A stretch of 45,792 nucleotides of DNA from Myxococcota bacterium. Lineage in GTDB: Bacteria; Myxococcota_C; UBA6777. Position 1 is the first letter of the stretch. Every line of letters starts with the position of its first letter. Position numbers and translations under genes: made by a program. Location: NCBI GenBank assembly GCA_023150835.1, contig JAKLKB010000040.1, forward strand, positions 1 to 45,792, read 5' to 3'. Below are positions 1-9,591 of the stretch, one piece after another. Below the pieces are notes generated by a model. That model worked only from the letters and a program-made list of their open reading frames with translations. It had not been told where the DNA came from and searched no databases.

Positions 1-136
1 CTCCCCCGTGAACAGGGGAGGGAGCGAAAGTCGGAAGCATCGGGGATTTTGTTTTTTCATGACGCACGCTGTATGCACGAAATGCAGACGCTGCCCGTTC
101 CAACTTCCCCCCGTTCACGGGGGGATTGAGGGGGGG
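1..136. repeat. Inverted pair of G/C-rich REP-like hairpins
   Basis: CTCCCCCGTGAACAGGGGAG (1-20) is a near reverse complement of TTCCCCCCGTTCACGGGGG (~104-123); each can also fold on itself. Confidence 0.5.
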
Positions 137-314
137 AGAAAAAAAAAGGCGATCAAGACCGACTCTACGAGGTTTCCACCTTAACAAGGCGCGTATGGGG
201 CAAAGCCCCACAAAACCTAACGCACAAGCCCGCCTATCGCTCCAAAACAAGCCGCAGTGGCATCTTTTCGTCTTGTGAACGCTTGCGCCGAGGTGCAATG
301 GAGCGTTATCGCGC

Positions 315-343
315 TTGACTTTTCACGATGATCGCGTTAGCCT
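315..343 (+). promoter_or_regulatory. Putative sigma70 promoter of the nqr operon
   Basis: TTGACT-17 nt-TAGCCT, ~130 nt upstream of nqrA start. Confidence 0.4.
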
Positions 344-470
344 CCCCATTGCCTTTGAGGCCGAGAAAATACTTACACTCGAATACATTTTTTCTTACCC
401 ATTGGTCTAGACAAAGACCGACAAAGAGACCTTGCTCCAGAAGACACCCCCAACCTCCAGTGAGGGAGAG

Positions 471-1859
471 ATGGCACACCACCAGATCACAAAAGGATTG
501 GATCTACCGATCAAAGGGCGGCCCAAGCAAGAGATCGGCGCGGGCGGTACTGTCGAACACGTCGCGATCGTTGGCCATGACTACCCATTCATGAAGCCAC
601 GAATGTATGTGAACGAAGGAGATACCGTCGAGCGCGGACAATTGTTGTTTGAGGATCGCAAAGGAAAAGGGATCCGTTTTACAGCCCCCGCCGCAGGGAC
701 CGTAAAGAGCATCCATCGCGGCGAGAAACGCGCCTTTTTGTCGATCGTGATCGCGCTTGGCGAGAGCGAAAAAGACAAGAAAAAAGAAGCCAAACAAGTG
801 ACGTTTGCAGCGTACAAAAAGCAAAAAGTCGAAGCGTACGATGCGGAACAGGTGCGAGCTTTGTTGTCCGAATCGGGCCTATGGACGGCCTTGCGCGCAC
901 GTCCATTTGATCGCGTCCCCTCGATCGACGAGCATTGCGGGGCGATCTTTGTGACGGCCATCGACACCAACCCCCTTGCGCCCGCTGTGGACGTTGTACT
1001 CAAGGGCAAAGAAGAAGACTTCCAAGCCGGGTTAAAAACAGTAGCCAAACTGACCGAAGGGACGGCATTTTTGTGCGCTGGCGCGGGATGGAAGCTTGAG
1101 GTCAAAGATATCAAAAACCTCAAGACAGAGATATTTGAAGGCCCCCACCCTGCGGGCCTTGTGGGGACGCACATCCACACGCTGTATCCCGTCAGCCGCA
1201 AAAAGATCGCTTGGCATCTCGGTTATCAGGATGTGATCGCGATCGGTCAATTGTTCCGAACAGGTAAACTCAACGTCGATCGCGTGATCTCGATCGCAGG
1301 GCCGGGCGCAAAAGCCCCAAGCCTCGTCAAGACCCGACTTGGTGCTTCTGTGGCAGAGCTGACCAAAGGCGCGCTGATCGAAGGCAAAGAGATCCGCACG
1401 ATCTCGGGTACCGTGTTGTACGGCCAAAAAGCCAACGATGCGATCACAGGCTATCTGGGGCGCTATCACCGACAGATCTCCTGTTTGCCCGAAGACCGCG
1501 AGCGTGTGTTGCTTGGTTGGCTGCGCCCCGGAGGAGACAAGTTCTCGACCGTTCGGGCTTATTTGGCCAAATGGATTCCTGCTCTTGAACCCAAAGAGTA
1601 CGACTTTACAACCACAACCAACGGCTCGCATCGTGCGATGGTTCCGATCGGGATGTACGAGCGCGTGATGCCGCTCGATATCTTGCCCACCTTTTTGCTG
1701 CGCTCGTTGGTGATGAATGACGTCGAACGCGCCGAGCAATTGGGGTGTCTTGAGTTAAGCGAAGAAGATCTCGCGCTTTGTTCTTTCGTTAGCCCCGGGA
1801 AAGAAGAGTATGGCAAAGCCCTACGAAAAGTTCTTACTGAGATTTGGCAGGAAGGCTGA
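471..1859 (+). CDS. nqrA: Na+-translocating NADH:quinone reductase subunit A
   Basis: N-term ITKGLDLPIKGRP, GPHPAGLVGTHIH, C-term LGCLELSEEDLALCSFVSPGKEEYG; ATG 471 preceded by GAGGGAG. Confidence 0.97.
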   Translation: MAHHQITKGLDLPIKGRPKQEIGAGGTVEHVAIVGHDYPFMKPRMYVNEGDTVERGQLLFEDRKGKGIRFTAPAAGTVKSIHRGEKRAFLSIVIALGESEKDKKKEAKQVTFAAYKKQKVEAYDAEQVRALLSESGLWTALRARPFDRVPSIDEHCGAIFVTAIDTNPLAPAVDVVLKGKEEDFQAGLKTVAKLTEGTAFLCAGAGWKLEVKDIKNLKTEIFEGPHPAGLVGTHIHTLYPVSRKKIAWHLGYQDVIAIGQLFRTGKLNVDRVISIAGPGAKAPSLVKTRLGASVAELTKGALIEGKEIRTISGTVLYGQKANDAITGYLGRYHRQISCLPEDRERVLLGWLRPGGDKFSTVRAYLAKWIPALEPKEYDFTTTTNGSHRAMVPIGMYERVMPLDILPTFLLRSLVMNDVERAEQLGCLELSEEDLALCSFVSPGKEEYGKALRKVLTEIWQEG

Positions 1860-1861
1860 AC

Positions 1862-3121
1862 ATGAAATTTCTACGAAACCTGCTTGATAAACTCGAAAAG
1901 CCCTTTCAAAAAGGGCAACCGCTTGAGAAGCTTTATCCTGTGTACGAGATGCACGACACGATCCTGTACACCCCGGGCCAAGTGACGGAGGGAAGCACCC
2001 ACGTCCGCGATGCGCTCGATCTCAAGCGGATGATGATCACTGTGGTGATCGCCTTGATCCCGTGTATCTGCATGGCCTTTTACAACACAGGCTACCAAGC
2101 GAACCTTGCGATCGCCAGTTATGGAGCCAAGCCGCTCGCGATCTGGCAAACCCAAGTGTATCAACTCCTTGGATTCAAGCCCGGGATGATGAGCTTTTGG
2201 GCGCACGTGGTGTACGGCGGTCTGTTCTTTCTTCCTGTGTTGATCACGACTTTTGCGGTGGGCGGGATCATCGAAGTCAGCAACGCGATCATCCGCAAGC
2301 ATGAAGTCAACGAAGGCTTCCTTGTGACGGGCTTTTTGCTTCCGTTGACGTTGCCTCCCACGATCCCACTCTGGCAAGTTGCCCTTGGGACGGCGTTTGG
2401 TGTATTGATCGGCAAAGAGATCTTCGGTGGTACAGGGAAAAACATCCTCAACCCTGCGTTGACAGGTCGGGCATTTTTGTTTTTTGCGTATCCAGCGCAG
2501 ATATCGGGCGATAAACCTTGGATCGCGGCAGACTTTGTGGCATCCAAGTTTACGTCCACGTTGCCCGATGCGGTGAGTGGGGCGACATGGCTAGGGAAAG
2601 CAGCGACCAACAAGGCCGCGCTTGCGAGTCACGGCTTCGGAAGCCCCGCGTGGTGGGATGCCTTTTTGGGCTTTGTTCCGGGGTCGATGGGCGAAACCTC
2701 GGTGCTTGCGTGCTTGATCGGTGCTTTTATTTTGATCTATATGCAGATCGGCTCGTGGCGCACGATGGCGGGCGTTGTGCTCGGAACCTTCACGATGACC
2801 GCGTTGTTGAGCGGTGGCTCGTCGGACACCAACCCGATGTTTGCGGTTCCCTTCTACTGGCACGTCGTGCTGGGCGGTTGGGCATTTGGTACAGTCTTTA
2901 TGGCAACAGATCCCGTATCTTCGGCCTTTACAGACATGGGGCGGTGGGTATACGGCTTTCTGATCGGGGTGATGGTGATCCTTGTGCGCGTCGTCAACCC
3001 CGCTTATCCCGAGGGGATGATGCTGGCGATCCTGTTTATGAATATGTTTGCTCCCTTTATTGACCACTTTGTGGTGCAAGCCAATATCAAACGGAGGTTG
3101 GAGCGCAATGCAGCCGTCTAA
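1862..3121 (+). CDS. nqrB: Na+-NQR subunit B
   Basis: HVRDALDLKRMM, KEIFGGTGKN, FMN-attachment motif SGAT, FMATDPVS, YPEGMMLAILFMN. Confidence 0.97.
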   Translation: MKFLRNLLDKLEKPFQKGQPLEKLYPVYEMHDTILYTPGQVTEGSTHVRDALDLKRMMITVVIALIPCICMAFYNTGYQANLAIASYGAKPLAIWQTQVYQLLGFKPGMMSFWAHVVYGGLFFLPVLITTFAVGGIIEVSNAIIRKHEVNEGFLVTGFLLPLTLPPTIPLWQVALGTAFGVLIGKEIFGGTGKNILNPALTGRAFLFFAYPAQISGDKPWIAADFVASKFTSTLPDAVSGATWLGKAATNKAALASHGFGSPAWWDAFLGFVPGSMGETSVLACLIGAFILIYMQIGSWRTMAGVVLGTFTMTALLSGGSSDTNPMFAVPFYWHVVLGGWAFGTVFMATDPVSSAFTDMGRWVYGFLIGVMVILVRVVNPAYPEGMMLAILFMNMFAPFIDHFVVQANIKRRLERNAAV

Positions 3122-4253
3122 CAGCGTTAGTTACATCCTCGGCTTTTGTGCAGCGGTCTGCTTGGCCTGTTCTGTTGTTGTGGCAACGTCAGCAGTAGGG
3201 TTGAAAGCGCGCCAAGAAGCCAACAAAGAGCTTGACCGTCAGAAAAAAGTGCTTGCAGTGGCAGGTTTGATCAAAGAAGGACAAGCATTGCGTCCCGAAC
3301 AAGTGCGCGAGCTATTCCAAAAGCGCATCAAGTCTGTGATCGTCAGCCTTCAAAGCGGCAAGATCGACGAAGCAGCCACCAAAGAAGCCGCAAAGTTCGA
3401 TCAACAAAAAGCCAAGGCCGAACCCAAGACCAGCCGCAAATCGCCGAAAAATATGGCGGGCGTGGATCGCCTTCCACTCCAAGGCTTGGTCTTCCTCGTC
3501 TCCAAAACAGACATGGACGCCAAAGGCAACGGCTTTTCACTCAACCAATACATTTTTCCGATCGAAGGCAAAGGTCTTTGGTCCACGCTGTTTGGATTTA
3601 TCGCCCTTGCATCAGACTTTAACGAGATCACGGGACTCACCTTTTACCAACACGGCGAAACACCCGGACTTGGCGGCGAAGTCGACAACTCGGGATGGAA
3701 GGCAAAATGGCAAGGTCGCCTCGCCTTCGGTCAAAAAGGCAGCAGCCCCTCGACTTGGAAAGCCCCCAAGATCGAAGTAATCAAGGGCCTCGCAGGCAAC
3801 GCCAAAGAAGATCCTTACCGTGTCGACGGCCTTTCTGGCGCAACCATCACCAGCAAGGGCGTTTCCAACCTCGTGCGCTTCTGGCTCGGTGAACATGGTT
3901 TTGGAAAGTTCATCCAAAACAACCTCACCCAATCCCCTGTCCACCCCGCGCCGATTCGCCCGATGCCTGCGCCGATCCGTCCGATGCCTGCGCCGATCCG
4001 TCCGATGCCTGCGCCGATCCGTCCGATGCCTGCGCCGATCCGTCCGATGCCTGCGCCCATTCAGCCTGCGCCGATCCGTCCGACGCCTGCGCCGATTCGT
4101 CCGACGCCTGCGCCGATTCGCCCGATGCCGCTCCGTCCGACGCCTGCGCCTGCATCACGACCTGTTGCGGCTCCCAAACCTCGTGCCGCAACGTCCCTTC
4201 CTGCGGCGACTTCGCGACCTGTTCCCTCCACCCAACCGAGAGGAGTTCGCTGA
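3108..4253 (+). CDS. nqrC: Na+-NQR subunit C with Pro-rich C-terminal extension
   Basis: [31 protein letters not shown] (FMN-Thr), [12 protein letters not shown], then ~105-aa repeat tail. Confidence 0.96.
   Translation: MQPSNSVSYILGFCAAVCLACSVVVATSAVGLKARQEANKELDRQKKVLAVAGLIKEGQALRPEQVRELFQKRIKSVIVSLQSGKIDEAATKEAAKFDQQKAKAEPKTSRKSPKNMAGVDRLPLQGLVFLVSKTDMDAKGNGFSLNQYIFPIEGKGLWSTLFGFIALASDFNEITGLTFYQHGETPGLGGEVDNSGWKAKWQGRLAFGQKGSSPSTWKAPKIEVIKGLAGNAKEDPYRVDGLSGATITSKGVSNLVRFWLGEHGFGKFIQNNLTQSPVHPAPIRPMPAPIRPMPAPIRPMPAPIRPMPAPIRPMPAPIQPAPIRPTPAPIRPTPAPIRPMPLRPTPAPASRPVAAPKPRAATSLPAATSRPVPSTQPRGVR
3945..4150 (+). repeat. 21-bp tandem repeat encoding (PAPIRPM/T)n in nqrC
   Basis: Unit CCTGCGCCGATCCGTCCGATG, 8 full heptads plus partial units. 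Confidence 0.95.
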
Positions 4254-4873
4254 TGAGTAAAGACAGCAAAGTTTTGCTCGATCCTCTTTTTGACAACAAC
4301 CCGATCGCCATCCAAGTCCTTGGGATCTGCTCGGCTTTGGCGGTGACGACAAAACTCGAAACAGCGGTCGTCATGGCGATCGCCGTGACGTTGGTGACAG
4401 CGTTCTCCAACCTCGCGATCAGCGTTTTACGCAACTATATCCCCCCGAGTATCCGCATCATCGTGCAGTTGACGGTGATCGCGTCCTTGGTGATCGTGAC
4501 AGACCAGATCCTCAAAGCCTTTGTGTTTGAGATCAGCAAACAACTCTCGGTCTTTGTCGGCTTGATCATCACCAACTGCATCGTGATGGGCCGCGCCGAA
4601 GCCTTTGCGATGCAAAACGGTCCACGCGCTTCTTTTATTGACGGCATTGGAAACGGCCTTGGCTACGGCATCGTGTTGTTGGTGGTGGGCTTTTTTCGCG
4701 AATTGTTCGGAACAGGGAAGCTGTTTGGGATGGTGGTGTTTCCACTCGCAAGCGAAGGCGGTTGGTACGTTCCGAATGGATTGATGGTACTTTCGCCCGC
4801 AGCCTTTTTCTTGATCGGTGGATTTATTTGGCTGCTGCGCACATGGAAACCCGAACTGGCTGAGAAGGAATGA
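4253..4873 (+). CDS. nqrD: Na+-NQR subunit D
   Basis: [42 protein letters not shown] overlap with nqrC. Confidence 0.97.
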   Translation: MSKDSKVLLDPLFDNNPIAIQVLGICSALAVTTKLETAVVMAIAVTLVTAFSNLAISVLRNYIPPSIRIIVQLTVIASLVIVTDQILKAFVFEISKQLSVFVGLIITNCIVMGRAEAFAMQNGPRASFIDGIGNGLGYGIVLLVVGFFRELFGTGKLFGMVVFPLASEGGWYVPNGLMVLSPAAFFLIGGFIWLLRTWKPELAEKE

Positions 4874-4877
4874 ACCG

Positions 4878-5492
4878 ATGGAAGCTTATTTGAGCCTTGC
4901 GGTCAAATCGATCTTTATCGAAAATATGGCGCTTGCCTTCTTTTTGGGGATGTGTTCGTTCCTTGCGGTGTCCAAAAAAGTCGAAACCTCGATCGGTTTG
5001 GGCGCTGCGGTGATCTTTGTGCTGGCGATCTGCACCCCATTGACCAACCTTGTGTACGTGTACCTGCTGAAAGAAGGGGCCTTGGCGTGGCTTTCCCCGG
5101 GGTTGGCGAAAACAGACCTTTCGTTTTTGGCATTTCTGACCTTCATCGGGATCATCGCAGCCGCTGTTCAAGTCGTCGAGATGGCGATCGAAAAGTACGC
5201 TCCCTCGTTGTATTCGGCGTTGGGCGTGTTTTTGCCCTTGATCGCAGTGAACTGCGCCATCTTGGGTGCAGCACTGTTTATGGTGGAGCGCGATTACAAC
5301 TTTGCCGAAAGCACGATCTACGGGATCGGTTCGGGGATCGGTTGGGCGTTGGCGATCGTGGCGCTTGCGGCGATCCGCGAAAAGATGCGCTACAGCGACG
5401 TTCCACGCGGTCTGCGGGGCCTTGGGATCACCTTTATGATCACAGGGTTGATGGCGATCGGCTTTATGGCTTTCGCTGGTATCCAGCTCTAA
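4878..5492 (+). CDS. nqrE: Na+-NQR subunit E
   Basis: [48 protein letters not shown]. Confidence 0.97.
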   Translation: MEAYLSLAVKSIFIENMALAFFLGMCSFLAVSKKVETSIGLGAAVIFVLAICTPLTNLVYVYLLKEGALAWLSPGLAKTDLSFLAFLTFIGIIAAAVQVVEMAIEKYAPSLYSALGVFLPLIAVNCAILGAALFMVERDYNFAESTIYGIGSGIGWALAIVALAAIREKMRYSDVPRGLRGLGITFMITGLMAIGFMAFAGIQL

Positions 5493-5657
5493 GAGGAGAG
5501 CGCGGTTGACAAAAAAACCCCGTGTTCGCGCTGTTTCAAGCGGCAGAGTGATTGGTTTGATTGAGATAAAGTTTCGATCATCCGCTCGCAGCGTCCGCCA
5601 CCTTGAACGGGTGGGCGTTGCAAGAAGTACAGAAAAAACGAAGGGAGTGTTCTAGCC

Positions 5658-6941
5658 ATGCAAACGGCTCTCCTTGGCGTGGCGGCCTTTTTGATTGTGA
5701 TCTTTGCGCTCGTTGCGATCCTCTTGATCGCACGATCCAAGCTCGTGAATTCCGCCGACGTCAAAATCATCGTCAACGACGATGAGAAAAATCCGCTCGT
5801 TGTTCCCGCAGGTTCAACGTTGTTGAACACACTCGCGACCCAAAAGATTTTTATCCCCTCGGCTTGTGGGGGGGGTGGAACTTGTGGAGTCTGCAAAGTC
5901 CATGTCCACGATGGGGGCGGGGCGATGCTGCCCACCGAGCGTCCCCACATCTCACGCGGCGAAGAACGCGAAGGTTGCCGCCTTTCTTGTCAGGTCAAAG
6001 TCAAAAACGATATGCGGATCGAAGTCGAACCTGAGATCTTTAGCGTTCGCAAGTGGGTCTGCAAAGTCCGCTCAAACAACAACGTCGCGACCTTTATCAA
6101 AGAGCTTGTGCTTGAGCTTCCCGAGGGCGAGACGGTTCCGTTTCGTGCAGGTGGTTATATCCAGATCGAATGTCCTCCCCACGTCGCCAAATACAAAGAT
6201 TATGTGATCGAAGAAAAATATCGCGGAGACTGGGATAAGTTCAATATGTGGGGCTTGGTCTCCGACGTCAAAGAACCCGTCACACGGGCTTATTCGATGG
6301 CAAACTATCCCGAAGAAAAAGGGATCGTGATGCTCAACGTGCGCATCGCAAGCCCCCCATGGGATCGCAATGCCAACGGTTGGATGAAGGTTCCCCCCGG
6401 GATCATGTCTTCTTACATCTTCGGCCTCAAACCCGGTGATCCCGTCACCATATCGGGTCCCTTTGGTGAATTCTTTGCCAAAGAAACAGACCACGAGATG
6501 GTGTTTATTGGGGGTGGTGCGGGGATGGCTCCGATGCGCTCGCACATCTTCGATCAATTCAAGCGGATCAAAACCAAGCGCAAAGTGACCTTTTGGTATG
6601 GGGCGCGCAGTTTCCGTGAAGCCTTCTACATCAAGGACTTTGAAGAGATCCAAAGAAACAATCCCAACTTTGAGTGGCACCTTGCGCTCTCCGAACCCTT
6701 GCCCGAAGACAAGTGGGATGATCCAACGTCGCCCAACCGTCAGTACCTCGGTGCAAAACACGGATACAAAGGCTTTATCCATCAAGTCTTGTTGGATAAC
6801 TACCTCAAAAAACATGGCTCTCCCGAAGACTGCGAGTACTACCTCTGTGGGCCGCCTGTGATGAACCAATCCGTAATCAAGATGCTCAGCGATCTTGGCG
6901 TTGAGGACGAAAACATCGCACTCGACGACTTTGGTGGATGA
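5658..6941 (+). CDS. nqrF: Na+-NQR subunit F
   Basis: 2Fe-2S motif [12 protein letters not shown]...[27 protein letters not shown]-term LDDFGG. Confidence 0.97.
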   Translation: MQTALLGVAAFLIVIFALVAILLIARSKLVNSADVKIIVNDDEKNPLVVPAGSTLLNTLATQKIFIPSACGGGGTCGVCKVHVHDGGGAMLPTERPHISRGEEREGCRLSCQVKVKNDMRIEVEPEIFSVRKWVCKVRSNNNVATFIKELVLELPEGETVPFRAGGYIQIECPPHVAKYKDYVIEEKYRGDWDKFNMWGLVSDVKEPVTRAYSMANYPEEKGIVMLNVRIASPPWDRNANGWMKVPPGIMSSYIFGLKPGDPVTISGPFGEFFAKETDHEMVFIGGGAGMAPMRSHIFDQFKRIKTKRKVTFWYGARSFREAFYIKDFEEIQRNNPNFEWHLALSEPLPEDKWDDPTSPNRQYLGAKHGYKGFIHQVLLDNYLKKHGSPEDCEYYLCGPPVMNQSVIKMLSDLGVEDENIALDDFGG

Positions 6942-6942
6942 G

Positions 6943-8043
6943 ATGTCTGCTGTTCCCCCCTCCCAATCGACCCTTTCCGACCCCCACTCTCCCGGCCTTC
7001 GGCGTTTGATCGTCCCCTCCGTCTTTGTGTTGTTGTGCTTTGGGCTGCTGTTTTACCGCCGCCCAAGCCCCGCTCCCCAACACGTCTATTGGGATCTCAA
7101 AGGCGCGATCTTTGGGACGACTTACCTTGTGAAGTTGCGAGCGCCCGCCAAAGGCCCCTCACAACAAGCCTTACACCAACGGCTGCACAAGGCGCTTGAG
7201 GCGGTAGATTGGGCCATGTCCACCTACAAAAAACAATCCGAACTAAGCCGCTTCAATGCGTCCACGTCGACCGATGCGATCAAGGTTTCCGAAGCGCTGT
7301 TTAAGGTTGTGGCTGCGGCCCAAAAGGTGTCGCGTCTCTCCCAAGGAGCCTTCGATATCACGGTGGGTCCTGTAGTGAACATCTGGGGCTTTGGCCCGCA
7401 CAAAACGATCAAGCCACCCGAAGCTGCGGTCATCTCGGCAGCGCGGGCGCGTGTCGGTTATCAAAAGCTAGTGATCGATGCCAAAGCACGCACATTGCGC
7501 AAGTCGATCCCTTCGTTGTATCTGGATCTTTCAGCGATCGCCAAAGGCTACGCAGTCGATGTCCTTGCGGAAAACCTCGAAAGCATCGGCATCTTGGATT
7601 ACATGGCAGAGATCGGCGGAGAAGTTCGCACACGCGGCATCAACGCCCAAGGAAAAGTGTGGCGTATCGGTGTAGAACGCCCGACGGACGGCATGGATCA
7701 ACAAGTCCAATCGGTGGTTCCCTTGCGTGACGCAGCGATGGCGACCTCAGGCAATTACCGCAACTACATCATGGTCGATGGGCGGCGGGTATCGCATCTG
7801 ATCGATGCGCGTACAGCATCCCCTGTCAGCCACAACCTTGCTTCGGTTTCGGTGATCTACGCCGACTGCATGATGGCGGACGCTCTTGCGACCGCACTTT
7901 ATGTCTTGGGTCCCGAAGAAGGACTCAAGCTCGCAAAAGCCCATCAATGGGCTGTCTTGTATCTCGTCCCCAAAGGCAAAGGCTTTGCGCGTCTGGCGTC
8001 TCCTGCGTTTGAAACGTTGCTACAACAAACGCAACAACCCTAG
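6943..8043 (+). CDS. apbE: FAD:protein FMN transferase
   Basis: FDITVGP, LDLSAIAKGYAVD, EIGGE, ATSGNYRNY, ADALATA; canonical position after nqrF. Confidence 0.95.
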   Translation: MSAVPPSQSTLSDPHSPGLRRLIVPSVFVLLCFGLLFYRRPSPAPQHVYWDLKGAIFGTTYLVKLRAPAKGPSQQALHQRLHKALEAVDWAMSTYKKQSELSRFNASTSTDAIKVSEALFKVVAAAQKVSRLSQGAFDITVGPVVNIWGFGPHKTIKPPEAAVISAARARVGYQKLVIDAKARTLRKSIPSLYLDLSAIAKGYAVDVLAENLESIGILDYMAEIGGEVRTRGINAQGKVWRIGVERPTDGMDQQVQSVVPLRDAAMATSGNYRNYIMVDGRRVSHLIDARTASPVSHNLASVSVIYADCMMADALATALYVLGPEEGLKLAKAHQWAVLYLVPKGKGFARLASPAFETLLQQTQQP

Positions 8044-8100
8044 CCTTGGCCTTTTCAACGCATACGGCGCGTCAAACGCACCGTCAAAGGAGTGTTGAAT

Positions 8101-8271
8101 ATGCAAACATTTCTCCTGACCTTCGGCTTTTTGATGTCGATCATGGCGATTATGGCCGTAGGCGTGATCTTTTCCAACAAGCCGCTCAAAGGCTCTTGCG
8201 GCGGCACCGGCAAATGCGCATGCGAACTCGCCGGAAAACCCAAAGCCTGCGAAAACCAACCCCCCTCCTGA
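8101..8271 (+). CDS. nqrM: Na+-NQR maturation factor NqrM (DUF539), 56 aa
   Basis: Translated by hand: MQTFLLTFGFLMSIMAIMAVGVIFSNKPLKGSCGGTGKCACELAGKPKACENQPPS; TM helix + LKGSCGG + 3 further Cys; AAGGAG RBS; follows apbE. Confidence 0.9.
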   Translation: MQTFLLTFGFLMSIMAIMAVGVIFSNKPLKGSCGGTGKCACELAGKPKACENQPPS

Positions 8272-8379
8272 TGCGATCTCCGAAAAATCTTACCTCAAAT
8301 GAGCGGGAAGGCTCCCACCACAGCCTTTGAAACGTTGCGCAAGCTTCGTCTCTTGGCTTGGTGGAGGGAAGATGTCAAC

Positions 8380-9363
8380 TCAAGAGGCCGATGCTTCGTC
8401 TTCTTCGATGTTTGGCAAAAACACAGCGGTAGTGGTTTTTCCTTCGGCTTGTTGGCGAAATCTTCGGCGGTAGCCCGCAGGAGAGGCGCCCAACATCCGC
8501 TTGAATGCCTTGCTAAAAGCGCCTTCGGATTCATAACCGACACGCAGCGCGATATCGCCGATAGATTCGCCTCTTTCTTTCAAAAGTAGCGTAGCGATGT
8601 GCATCCGCCACTGCGTCAAGTACTGAAACGGAGGCTCGCCGACGCTCTCCGCAAAACGCAAGCAAAAGGCTGAACGCGACATCCCCGCGAGTTGCGCAAG
8701 ACTCTGAAGATTCCAACGCTCCTGCGGCAAGCGATGGATACAGCCCAAAACACGGGCGATCTGCGGATCGCGCAATCCTCCCAACCATCCGCCTTTTCCT
8801 GCCTCCAACGCCCCGACATAAGCCCGCAAGATATCCACCCACAAGATCTCTACCAAACGCCGCAACAACCACTCTCCCCCCACACGCGCCAAAGTAAGCT
8901 CCTCCACCACACGCCCCAACAACACGTGGTGCGCCTCCATCGCCGGATCAGAGGAACTCCGCAACAGCGTCGGAAGTACCGACAACAACGGATGCGCCTC
9001 GCTTCGTGCAAAGACCACTTGACCACACACAAACCGCGTTGTGGCCGTCCCTTTGCAGCGGATCACACCCCACCCTCGGTCGGTTTGTGATTGCACCACA
9101 TCTTCCATCGGCTTTGCCGGTGTATCGGGATGATCGCTAAGGGTGTGCGCATGGCCATGCGGCAGAAAGACCGCATCTCCCGTTTTCAACGCGCAAGGCG
9201 CTTCTCCTTTGATCTGCAACCATGCACTCCCCTCCAAGATCAGGTAAAAAACCCCCTCAGGACGTGGGCGCGCATACACCGACCACGCCCCTTCCACTTC
9301 CGCAACACAAGAGATCGACGTCGCCGCACGCGCCGACTCCAAAACGTCTGTTAAGGCGTCCAT
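8380..9363 (-). CDS. AraC-family transcriptional regulator with cupin N-domain
   Basis: MDALTDVL start, GDAVFLPHG cupin, LAGMSRSAF and VGYESEGAFSKAFKR HTH motifs; GAGGAGG RBS. Confidence 0.93.
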   Translation of the reverse strand: MDALTDVLESARAATSISCVAEVEGAWSVYARPRPEGVFYLILEGSAWLQIKGEAPCALKTGDAVFLPHGHAHTLSDHPDTPAKPMEDVVQSQTDRGWGVIRCKGTATTRFVCGQVVFARSEAHPLLSVLPTLLRSSSDPAMEAHHVLLGRVVEELTLARVGGEWLLRRLVEILWVDILRAYVGALEAGKGGWLGGLRDPQIARVLGCIHRLPQERWNLQSLAQLAGMSRSAFCLRFAESVGEPPFQYLTQWRMHIATLLLKERGESIGDIALRVGYESEGAFSKAFKRMLGASPAGYRRRFRQQAEGKTTTAVFLPNIEEDEASAS

Positions 9364-9591
9364 CAACCCTCCTCATCGAACGCTCGCCTCTGTGCAAAAC
9401 CAACCCCACGTTCTCGACGTGCGCTGTGTTGATCTTCCGTTCCATACGTGGAACACAAAGCCCCTCAGCTTCTCTTTCATCATGTCCCCCCATCATAACC
9501 ATCCGCCGCCTACGCTCAAGAACTTTTCTTGCTCGTCCCCTCATCTATCGACTTCCACAGACGTTTTGCCCACGCACGTTGCTGCTCTCCC

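Noticed and set aside
432-470. Longer TTG start for nqrA (also ORF-track extensions of nqrB, nqrC, nqrE, apbE, NTase, desaturase, PP2C, amidase)
   Set aside because: Downstream ATGs have better RBS/operon spacing and match family N-termini
5493-5657. Internal promoter or sRNA between nqrE and nqrF
   Set aside because: TTGACA present but no credible -10 at correct spacing and no convincing structure
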